Shown: piece by piece, positions 14,296-22,496 of the stretch | Position numbering within the stretch: position 1 is the stretch's first letter | Layout of the letters: each line of letters begins with the position of its first letter | Origin: Minisyncoccia bacterium | GTDB taxonomy: Bacteria > Patescibacteriota > Minisyncoccia > Phycocordibacterales > UBA9973 | DNA length: 48,210 nt | NCBI GenBank assembly: GCA_049287045.1 | Contig: JBAQFC010000002.1 | Coordinates: 1-48,210 of the forward strand | Direction of reading: 5' to 3' | The notes under the pieces: model-generated | Seen by the model: the letters and a program-made list of their open reading frames with translations, nothing else | What the model was told of the DNA's origin: nothing | Database searches by the model: none | Translations under genes and position numbers: made by a program

Positions 14296-17200
14296 TTATT
14301 CAATAAAAACTTTTTTGGTAAGAATTGAATTCGAAGAAATAATCTTCACAAGATACAAACCTTGTGGCAAATCATTTTTCAAAATCTGAAAACTATTTCC
14401 TTCTTCCTTTATACTGCGAACAATCTGACCCAGATTATTTACAACATTTATTTCATATTTTCCATATGGTAATTCTACATGCAAAACATCCATAAAAGGA
14501 TTGGGAAACAACTTCACATCTTCATCCTTAATAGCCTCATTAACCCCAACGAAAGACTTTTCAAAAAAACATCCATCGGTACTGTACTGGAAATACATAG
14601 CATCCACATCACTTACCTCTACATTGTTAAACACAGCCGAAGTTGTGTTTTGCATTGAAGGAGTATAGACATGAGTCGTAGATCCAGAAGTTTTTAGTTT
14701 AAGACTACTACCAAAAATTCCTTGCACTCCTACTGTTTTTGTCGTTCCGGAACCAGTCACTGTAACGTTGTTTACAACAGGTACAGAGTCTACTCTAACA
14801 GACATTGATGCCGACTTTGGACAGCCATTACCATCAAGATAAGTGTAAGTTAAAGTATTAGTTCCAGCATTTGCGGTTGCCGCATTGAAGTTATTTCCTA
14901 CAAATGAAATTCCATTCGCAGAAAAAGTTCCAGGTGACGGGCTTCCAGTAAAAGTGATCGTATGATTCGTGGCCTCTTTACAAATTTCAACAATACCTAA
15001 ATTTGAAGTAATAGATACGCTCGCATTATTTGTTACTGGTGTAACGGTAACACTTGCAGTATTTATACAACCATTGATATCCGTGCCGGTAACTGTTTCT
15101 GTTAAAGAAGTATTACCAGTCGGAGTTACAACAATCGGAGATCCAGTTTGACCTCCAGTCCATGAATAAGTATTAGCTCCACTTGCAGACAAGGTTGCCG
15201 ATGTACCACTACAAACCGTAGCGTTACCAGACGTAGTAATCACAGGTAAAGGGTTCACCGTTACGATTACACTTGCTGTATCAACACAACCATTAATATC
15301 GGTAGCAGTTACAGTATAAGTTTTTGTAGTTATTGGGTTGGCAATAATGCTTCCCAAAGTAGTACTACTTAAACTTGTTGAGGGAGACCATGTGTAGGAA
15401 GAACCACCTGCACCCGTTAGGGTCGTTGATCCTCCTTTACAAAATGAACTACCTGCTACTGCAGACACTACCGGCAAAGGATTTACTGACAAAATAGTTA
15501 TAACCGTATCTTTACATCCGTTGATATCCGACACTACTGCTGAATAAATTGTAGTGACAGTTGGATTGGCATTTACGCTAAATCCAGTCGCACTACTCAG
15601 GCCAGTAACTGGAAACCAAGAGCATGAAATACCACCGATCGCTGTAAAAGTTTTTGAACCTCCAATACAAACTGAAGAATTCGCTGATACAGTACCTATT
15701 GGTGATGGATGAACAGTTATAACAACAACGTTTGAATTACTTACGCAACCATTAATATCGGTTCCAACCGCGGTATAAGAAATAGTATTGGCTGGATTAA
15801 TATTAATGGGAGATCCGATTTGACCTCCAGTCCAAGAATAAACATTTGCTCCACTTCCAGTTAAAGTAGTTGAAGTTCCAGCACAGATCGTGCCAACACT
15901 TGCAACGGCAGTAACTATCGGCAAAGCATTAACTTTAACTTTTGTAATAGCCGTATCTTTGCACCCATTCGGGTCCGTTAAAACTGCAGAATAAATTGTA
16001 GTAATAATTGGATTAGCATTTACGCTAAACCCAGAAGTACTACTCAAACCCGCAGAAGGATACCAGAAACATGAAGTTCCACCAGAGGCAACTAAACTTT
16101 TTGTTGACCCTATACAAATAGAGTCATTTGGAGTTACTGTTGCAACTGGTAATGGATTTACGGTAATAACAACACTTGCAGTGTTAACACAAGTATTCGC
16201 GTCTGTTCCCGTTACTATATAAGTAGTGGTACTAGGAGGGCTCGTATTGAATGAAGATCCAGTTTGACCTGTACTCCAAGTATACGTACTTGCCCCGCCA
16301 GCAGTTAAGGTAGATGTAGCTCCAGCACATATTGTACTAGGACTTGCAAGTACAGTGACTGAAGGTAGAGGGTTAACAGTAACTAAAATATTATTACCAC
16401 TTACACAGCCATTTATATCAGTTCCAACTACACCATAAGAAGTGGTATTAATAGGAGTTATACTGAATGAAGCTGTTGTCTGACCTCCTCCCCAAGAATA
16501 AGTACTTGCTCCACCAGCAGTTAAAGTAGTTGCAGTACCGTTACAAATTGTATTGGCACTTGCGGTTACAGTAATTAAAGGTGTGGGATTAACCGTAACA
16601 GTAACACTTGCATTATTTGTACAATTATTAGCATTTGTTCCAACCACGCTATAAGTAGTGGTTGTATTTGGAACAACAAAATATGAAAATCCAGTTTGAC
16701 CTGAATTCCATATATACGTACTTGCTCCACCAGCAGTTAAAGTAGTTGAAGTGCCATTACAAACGATAAGAGCACTTGCGGTTACAGTAACTATTGGCAA
16801 CGGATTAACCGTAATCGTAACACTTGCAGTGTTAACACAAGTATTCGCATCTGTTCCCGTTACTATATAAGTAGTGGTACTAGGAGGACTCGTATTGAAT
16901 GAAGATCCAGTTTGACCTGTACTCCAAGTATACGTACTTGCCCCGCCAGCAGTTAAGGTAGATGTAGATCCAGCACAGATTGTGTTCGGACTTGCAACTG
17001 CGGTGACTGAAGGTAGAGGGTTAACGACAATTGTAAAGTTAGTATTCTTTGCACAACCAAAGACGTCTGTTCCTGTTACATTGTAAGCAACAGTACTAAC
17101 CGGAGTTACATTTATTGAAGTTAAGGTTTCACCCCCGCCCCAAAGATAAGTATTTGCTCCAGTGACATTTAAAGTGGTTGTAGCACCAACACAGATTGTA

Positions 17201-18291
17201 TTGGCACTTGCAGTTACAAGAACTGTAGGCACAGGATACACCGCAATATTAATAGTGTTTGTGTCTTTACACCCATTAACATCTGTTGCGATCACAGTAT
17301 AAGTAGAAGCACCACTAATAGGACTTGCAGTTACATTTGATCCTGTCGTACTACTCAAAGTACTACCCGGAGACCATAAATAAGAAGTTCCACCAGTGGC
17401 AATTAAAGGACTTGAACCACCAGCACAAACTAAATTGCTTTGTGTGAGGGTTCCGATTGGTAATGAATTAACGGTTACTGTTGTTATGTTTGTGTCTTTA
17501 CATCCGTTCGCGTCAGTTTCAATCACTGTGTAAGTTGTTGTACTAAGAGGGTTCGCATTTACGCTTGCCAAAGTAGTACTATTCAAACCAGTTGAAGGAG
17601 ACCATGCAAATAAAGTACCACCAGTCGCTGTTAAGCTTTTTAATCCTCCAAAACAAATTGAAGAATTAGCTGTCACAGTTCCAATTGGTAATGCATTTAC
17701 AGTTAAAACGAATGCGGATGCACTTTCAGTACATCCAATAATTGTTACATCAACAGTATAACTTCCGGAAGTATTTGCTACATAAGTCGAAGCGGTTGCC
17801 CCGGCAATGATTACATTATTTCTTTTCCATTGATAAGTAGCTCCTAAAGTAGAAGCAGTCAATGTGTCCAAAATTCCTGCACAAATACTATCATTTGTAG
17901 ATGATGAGATAACGGGAGTAGGAAAACATGATGGAGTTGTAAAAGTTCCCACCGCACTACTTCCAGATGCAGCTCCAGGCAAAACTTTTGCTTTGTAACT
18001 GTAAGTGGTAGAAGGTGTTAATCCTGTCAAAGTAATTGCAATAGTCGTGTCAGCAACGGGATTCATTAAAGTTGCTACTGAACAATTCGAATTGAAATTA
18101 CCTCCTGTACCGTGACAAAACTGACGAAAGCCAACAGCTATTAAAGCATTGTAATGGCACCAGGCTATGGCGCTGGTTGGCGTGACGTTCGTGACTGAAT
18201 CTACTTTTACATAATTCAGATTCACATTTTGGGCATTTACTGCCCCGAAAGCAATAACAATTGCAATCATAATTAGGATGATTTTTTTCAT
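14296..18291 (-). CDS. giant surface adhesin-like protein: about 14 Ig-like Cys-bracketed repeats plus T9SS-type (Por_Secre_tail) C-terminal domain
   Basis: Signal peptide. Repeats follow the pattern C.G....LTA.G...Y.W.......V.P..TT.Y.V.GTD.NGC......V.VNPLP. C-terminus is LFPNPFMDVLHVELPYGKYEINVVNNLGQIVRSIKEEGNSFQILKNDLPQGLYLVKIISSNSILTKKVFIE. Confidence 0.85.
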   Translation of the reverse strand: MKKIILIMIAIVIAFGAVNAQNVNLNYVKVDSVTNVTPTSAIAWCHYNALIAVGFRQFCHGTGGNFNSNCSVATLMNPVADTTIAITLTGLTPSTTYSYKAKVLPGAASGSSAVGTFTTPSCFPTPVISSSTNDSICAGILDTLTASTLGATYQWKRNNVIIAGATASTYVANTSGSYTVDVTIIGCTESASAFVLTVNALPIGTVTANSSICFGGLKSLTATGGTLFAWSPSTGLNSTTLASVNANPLSTTTYTVIETDANGCKDTNITTVTVNSLPIGTLTQSNLVCAGGSSPLIATGGTSYLWSPGSTLSSTTGSNVTASPISGASTYTVIATDVNGCKDTNTINIAVYPVPTVLVTASANTICVGATTTLNVTGANTYLWGGGETLTSINVTPVSTVAYNVTGTDVFGCAKNTNFTIVVNPLPSVTAVASPNTICAGSTSTLTAGGASTYTWSTGQTGSSFNTSPPSTTTYIVTGTDANTCVNTASVTITVNPLPIVTVTASALIVCNGTSTTLTAGGASTYIWNSGQTGFSYFVVPNTTTTYSVVGTNANNCTNNASVTVTVNPTPLITVTASANTICNGTATTLTAGGASTYSWGGGQTTASFSITPINTTSYGVVGTDINGCVSGNNILVTVNPLPSVTVLASPSTICAGATSTLTAGGASTYTWSTGQTGSSFNTSPPSTTTYIVTGTDANTCVNTASVVITVNPLPVATVTPNDSICIGSTKSLVASGGTSCFWYPSAGLSSTSGFSVNANPIITTIYSAVLTDPNGCKDTAITKVKVNALPIVTAVASVGTICAGTSTTLTGSGANVYSWTGGQIGSPININPANTISYTAVGTDINGCVSNSNVVVITVHPSPIGTVSANSSVCIGGSKTFTAIGGISCSWFPVTGLSSATGFSVNANPTVTTIYSAVVSDINGCKDTVITILSVNPLPVVSAVAGSSFCKGGSTTLTGAGGSSYTWSPSTSLSSTTLGSIIANPITTKTYTVTATDINGCVDTASVIVTVNPLPVITTSGNATVCSGTSATLSASGANTYSWTGGQTGSPIVVTPTGNTSLTETVTGTDINGCINTASVTVTPVTNNASVSITSNLGIVEICKEATNHTITFTGSPSPGTFSANGISFVGNNFNAATANAGTNTLTYTYLDGNGCPKSASMSVRVDSVPVVNNVTVTGSGTTKTVGVQGIFGSSLKLKTSGSTTHVYTPSMQNTTSAVFNNVEVSDVDAMYFQYSTDGCFFEKSFVGVNEAIKDEDVKLFPNPFMDVLHVELPYGKYEINVVNNLGQIVRSIKEEGNSFQILKNDLPQGLYLVKIISSNSILTKKVFIE

Positions 18292-18527
18292 GGTTTGGGT
18301 TTTTTTAAAAAAGTTAAATTATTTATTTATTTATTTATTTTTTTATTAAACTAGTTCAACTGAACCAGTTACTGTGCCCTAAACATGAAATAATCAAGTA
18401 TCGGAAACAGCGTTTCAAACGCCTATACTAAAAAAGGTGTCCAAAATGCTGTTTCCGACTGAAGATATGAAGATTTTTCAAAGACCAAATACAGGGATAT
18501 ATTACACTAATGTACCCTATTTGTCAA
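18292..18527 (-). promoter_or_regulatory. promoter plus conserved structured 5' leader of about 200 nt, adhesin leader copy 1
   Basis: Minus strand: TTGACA (18527-18522), 17-nt spacer, TAATAT (18504-18499). Long hairpin TCGGAAACAGC...GCTGTTTCCGA (18401-18458). Inverted repeat GTTCA-AC-TGAAC (18354-18365). (AAAT)n tract next to the start codon. Homologous to 21900..22137. Confidence 0.7.
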
Positions 18528-18579
18528 GTTACTACTTCATTTAAAAAATATCCGTGTTGTTGTTTTATTACCCATAAAT

Positions 18580-18608
18580 TTGACTTATAAAATATAATAT
18601 GCTAGAAT
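18580..18608 (+). promoter_or_regulatory. promoter of the 18666..20396 gene
   Basis: TTGACT (18580-18585), 17-nt spacer, TAGAAT (18603-18608). Confidence 0.6.
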
Positions 18609-18665
18609 CACGAGTGTTAAAAGAAAATAAAAACCAAATTAAGTCAACCAAATTTTATTATTAAA

Positions 18666-20396
18666 ATGAAAAATTATATGAAAAATATCATAAAAAAAAT
18701 AGCATTCGTTTTTGTCCTTGTCGGAATTTTTAGCACTGGAGCAAGTGTCTCTTTTGCCTCTTCTGCCCCGACTATTACTTCTGGAACAGCCACAAATATT
18801 ACAACAACTTCAGCTGACCTAAATGGTTTAGTAAACCCAAACGGAGATAATACTACGGCATGGTTTGAAACTCCTTCAGATGGACCTTTTCAAAGTCAAA
18901 ATCTAGGAAGTGGAAGTTCTGATGTATCAATGCTTGCGTATAATTTAACAGGACTAACACCTGGCACACTTTATACTTTCAAAATTGTAGCTGGTAATTC
19001 TAACGGCCCTACTGACAGTGGTTTTATTTTCTCATTTACGACAGCTGTGGCCCCTGCCCCAACTATCGTCTCAGCAACAACTACAAATATTACAACAACT
19101 TCTGCCGACTTGAATGGTTCTATCAATCCAAACGGAGATAATACTACAGCATGGTTTGAAACTCCTTCTGATGGACCTTTTCAAAGTCAAAATCTAGGAA
19201 GTGGAAGTTCTGATGTATCAATGCTTGCATATTCCCTAACAGGACTAACTCCAAGTACAACTTACACTTTTAGAATTATTGCTGGTAATACAAACGGTGG
19301 CCCGGTAACAGGAGGATGGGTTTCATTTACGACAGCAACACCTCCTATTCTACCTTCTCCTACTCTTGTTTCAACAACAACCACAAACATAACAACCACC
19401 TCAGTAGACCTAAACGGAGTTGTTAACCCGAACGGGTATGCTACAACTGCTTGGTTTGAAACTCCTTCAGGTGGACCTTTTCAAAACCAAAATCTTGGTA
19501 ACGGAAGTTCTGATGTTACATTGCTTCCCTATTCCCTAACAGGACTAACTCCAAGCACAACTTACACTTTTAGAATTATCACAGGAAATACCAATGGCTC
19601 AATAACCGGTGGTTGGATTTCATTTACAACTGCAGCAATTCCAAATGGTGGTGGAGGTGGCGGTGGAGGTGGTGGCGGCGGTGGAGGTGGAGGAGGTGGA
19701 GGTGGCGGTGGAGCGACAATGACCCCTTCAGTTATTACTCAAAATGCATCAACTACTACAAGCAACTCAACAAAACTTAATGGTTCAATCAATCCAAATG
19801 GATACACTACAACTGCTTGGTTTGAATATGGAACTTCAAGTACCTTAGCAACTTCAACTGAAACGACTCACACTCCTCAAGGAGCAGCGAATGCAGCTTC
19901 AGCTTTGACACAAAATATTACTGGTCTTACTCCAAACACGATTTATTATTACCGTGTCGTTGCCAATAATTCCAACGGTACTGTTAAAGGAAATATTGTC
20001 TCTCTTCAAACAACACCAACTATTCCTGTCGTAGTTGTTCCTGTTTCAATAACAAATACTTCAGACCCTTTAAAAGAGACAATTACTACTGTAAAAACAA
20101 AAGTTGTTGCTAAAACAACAAAGACAAACGGTCAGGATGGAAAAGTTAAAATTATAGACGAAGGTATATCAATTGTAAGTGGAGCAAGTCCTTCACCAAA
20201 AACTTCTGTTACTACAGATCCAAACTTACAGAAAACAGATATTTCAAACCCTGCAGAGAAAGACACAGGATTGGAAGCTAACTCAATCTTTAGTATAAGA
20301 TCACTACCTCGCTTGATAGGCTGGATTGCATTAATACTTGCCATCTTCGGTCTAATTATTGTCGGCAGAAGAAAATACAAAAACTCACAACAGTAA
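18666..20396 (+). CDS. surface protein with four FN3-like repeats, a 23-residue poly-Gly linker and a C-terminal TM anchor
   Basis: Signal peptide. Repeats read NITTTSADLNG.(V/I)NPNG..TTAWFE...LTGLTP.T.YTF(K/R)I. G23 tract. C-terminal LIGWIALILAIFGLIIVGRRKYK. Confidence 0.85.
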   Translation: MKNYMKNIIKKIAFVFVLVGIFSTGASVSFASSAPTITSGTATNITTTSADLNGLVNPNGDNTTAWFETPSDGPFQSQNLGSGSSDVSMLAYNLTGLTPGTLYTFKIVAGNSNGPTDSGFIFSFTTAVAPAPTIVSATTTNITTTSADLNGSINPNGDNTTAWFETPSDGPFQSQNLGSGSSDVSMLAYSLTGLTPSTTYTFRIIAGNTNGGPVTGGWVSFTTATPPILPSPTLVSTTTTNITTTSVDLNGVVNPNGYATTAWFETPSGGPFQNQNLGNGSSDVTLLPYSLTGLTPSTTYTFRIITGNTNGSITGGWISFTTAAIPNGGGGGGGGGGGGGGGGGGGGGGATMTPSVITQNASTTTSNSTKLNGSINPNGYTTTAWFEYGTSSTLATSTETTHTPQGAANAASALTQNITGLTPNTIYYYRVVANNSNGTVKGNIVSLQTTPTIPVVVVPVSITNTSDPLKETITTVKTKVVAKTTKTNGQDGKVKIIDEGISIVSGASPSPKTSVTTDPNLQKTDISNPAEKDTGLEANSIFSIRSLPRLIGWIALILAIFGLIIVGRRKYKNSQQ

Positions 20397-20411
20397 AATT
20401 GTACAAACAAT

Positions 20412-20446
20412 AAAAACCCCGGCAGAAATGTCGGGGTTTTTATTTT
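20412..20446 (+). terminator. terminator of the 18666..20396 gene
   Basis: AAAAACCCCGGCAGAAATGTCGGGG followed by TTTTTATTTT. Confidence 0.8.
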
Positions 20447-20470
20447 GTATGTTTAATATAAAAATTATGC

Positions 20471-20500
20471 AAAAAAATAACCCCGAAATGTTTCGGGGTT
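20471..20500 (-). terminator. terminator of the 20523..21899 gene
   Basis: Minus strand: AACCCCGAAACATTTCGGGGTT followed by ATTTTTTT. Confidence 0.75.
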
Positions 20501-20522
20501 ATGGGTTAAGATTTTTTTTGCA

Positions 20523-21899
20523 CTATTGCATTACTAATTTCTTTGTTATAGAAGAATTTGTTTTTTCAGAAGATATTTTTGCAAAATATACTCCTGAAGG
20601 TAAACCATCTCTTTCTATTTTAAAGTTATTTCCTTCTTCAGTTGTGATACTGCGAACTGTTTGTCCTAAACAATTTACAATGTCAATTTGATATTTTCCA
20701 TTTGGAGTTTCCAAATTTAACATATCCACAACAGGATTAGGGAACATCCTTATATCTCCATCCTTTACAACTTCACCAACACCTACAAAACTCTGTTCAA
20801 TAAAACATTCTGAGTTGTATTTTAAGTACATAACCTCAGTGCCGTTATACGATACATTGTTGAATATCGCCAATGAAGAGTTTTGCATCGAAGCAACATA
20901 TGTATGGGTTGTTGACCCTACAATCTCCATTTGCAATGGACCAACAAGTGGACCATAAACTTTTACTGTTTTTGTCGCTCCAGAGCCGGTAACTATTACA
21001 CTGTTTACTTCTGGTAATGAGTCAACTTGGATATTAACCATTGTTGAATCTTTGCAACCAAAATTGTCAGTACATGTATAGGTTACGACACTCGTCCCAG
21101 CATTTAAAGTAGACACGTTTACGGAATTACCAATAAAGATTATTCCGTTGCATGAAAGTACTCCGCCAGATGGAACCAAAGTGAAAGCTATTGTTGGAGT
21201 CATAGACACCTTACAAGCTTCAGCAGTACCAGACGTTGGTACAGCAGATACTGGTGTAGTGTTTGTTTTCACAGTAATAGCAACAGTTGTTGTCGTTGTG
21301 CAAGTTCCACTCACAGTTACAGTATAAGTTGTTGAAACAGTAGGACTTGCAACAGGATTCCCGATATTTGGATTACTTAATCCAGTTGTCGGCAACCAAG
21401 CATATGAAGTTCCACCAGTAGCACTCAACGTTGTTGAGCTTCCAAAACAAATTGTAGCTGAAGCATTTGAAACAGCAGCACCACAAGTAGTAAATACTAA
21501 GGGTGAACCATCTTTAAACCAAACAGGACTTCCGCCCTGATAAAGAATAATGTGTGGTACCACTTTGTAGATATGACCTGCAGTTAACCCAGTTAATAAA
21601 TAGGCAACGCCTAAATTAACGGAGTCTCCAGCAACCCCGGTATAGTTCACATATTGGCTTCCCAATATGATATTACCGTTTGTTGAATCAATTTTTTCAA
21701 AAAATAATTCAACATGGTTGTTTGTATTCCAAAGGGTTATTCCACCCACTGATTGGATAGTCCAACCAAAAGAAATACTGGCTTGCGTCTGTGTCACACT
21801 AACAAATGAAGACGAAACGTTTCCACTGAAAGTACTTGCGAAAATTGAGCTCAATCCAATTACATTGGAGAGCAACAAAATTAGGAATGATTTTTTCAT
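20523..21899 (-). CDS. surface adhesin-like protein with T9SS-type C-terminal domain; paralog of the C-terminal about 250 aa of 14296..18291
   Basis: Signal peptide, one Cys-bracketed Ig-like repeat. C-terminus is MFPNPVVDMLNLETPNGKYQIDIVNCLGQTVRSITTEEGNNFKIERDGLPSGVYFAKISSEKTNSSITKKLVMQ. Confidence 0.85.
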   Translation of the reverse strand: MKKSFLILLLSNVIGLSSIFASTFSGNVSSSFVSVTQTQASISFGWTIQSVGGITLWNTNNHVELFFEKIDSTNGNIILGSQYVNYTGVAGDSVNLGVAYLLTGLTAGHIYKVVPHIILYQGGSPVWFKDGSPLVFTTCGAAVSNASATICFGSSTTLSATGGTSYAWLPTTGLSNPNIGNPVASPTVSTTYTVTVSGTCTTTTTVAITVKTNTTPVSAVPTSGTAEACKVSMTPTIAFTLVPSGGVLSCNGIIFIGNSVNVSTLNAGTSVVTYTCTDNFGCKDSTMVNIQVDSLPEVNSVIVTGSGATKTVKVYGPLVGPLQMEIVGSTTHTYVASMQNSSLAIFNNVSYNGTEVMYLKYNSECFIEQSFVGVGEVVKDGDIRMFPNPVVDMLNLETPNGKYQIDIVNCLGQTVRSITTEEGNNFKIERDGLPSGVYFAKISSEKTNSSITKKLVMQ

Positions 21900-22137
21900 A
21901 GCTTTGATTTGGTTTTTTAAAAAGTTAAATTATTTTTTTTATTAATTTATTTTTTTATTGAACTAGTCCAACTGAACCAGTACTGAATCAAAACATGAAT
22001 AATCATGTGTCGGAAACAGTGTTTTAAACTTCTCTGCAAGAGAGACGTCCAAAATACTGTTCCCGACTGAAGATATAAAGATTTTTCAAGGTACTATTAC
22101 TGTACAAAGTATAGCACAATCAACCCATACTTGTCAA
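21900..22137 (-). promoter_or_regulatory. promoter plus conserved structured 5' leader, adhesin leader copy 2
   Basis: Minus strand: TTGACA (22137-22132), 18-nt spacer, TATACT (22113-22108). Hairpin TCGGGAACAGT...ACTGTTTCCGA (22010-22067) carries a compensatory C-G to U-A change relative to copy 1. Confidence 0.7.
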
Positions 22138-22213
22138 GTAGCGAGACTTTTATTTCCACCCTTTGATAATAGGACTATTTGCATTTCAACCCCTAATATG
22201 TAATAATATCCCC

Positions 22214-22459
22214 ATGCATTTAGTAGCCCAAATACTGCCTTACGCGCAGGTTTCCCTTTCAATAGTATTAATACTAGCTATTTTATTTCAGCAATCCAGC
22301 GCAGGTGTGGGTGGCGCTTTAGGTGGTGGTGATGGTGGATCTTTTCATCATACTCGCAGAGGATTTGAAAAATTTCTTTTTATTCTAGCAATAGTTTCTG
22401 GAATATTGTTTGCTTTGTCTGCGTTCCTAGCTATAATAATAAAAGCTAACAACTACTAA
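22214..22459 (+). CDS. secG: preprotein translocase subunit SecG
   Basis: 81 aa from the ATG at 22214. Two TM segments separated by a Gly-rich loop (QQSSAGVGGALGGGDGGSFHHTRRG). Size and layout are typical of SecG. Confidence 0.65.
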   Translation: MHLVAQILPYAQVSLSIVLILAILFQQSSAGVGGALGGGDGGSFHHTRRGFEKFLFILAIVSGILFALSAFLAIIIKANNY

Positions 22460-22496
22460 ATCTGATAACGGTTTTTGTTTTTCATTCATAATACAT

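Noticed and set aside
19647-19715. GGN repeat tract as a possible non-coding microsatellite or CRISPR-like repeat
   Set aside because: It is in frame within a long ORF (a poly-Gly hinge). There is no repeat-spacer periodicity anywhere in the window.
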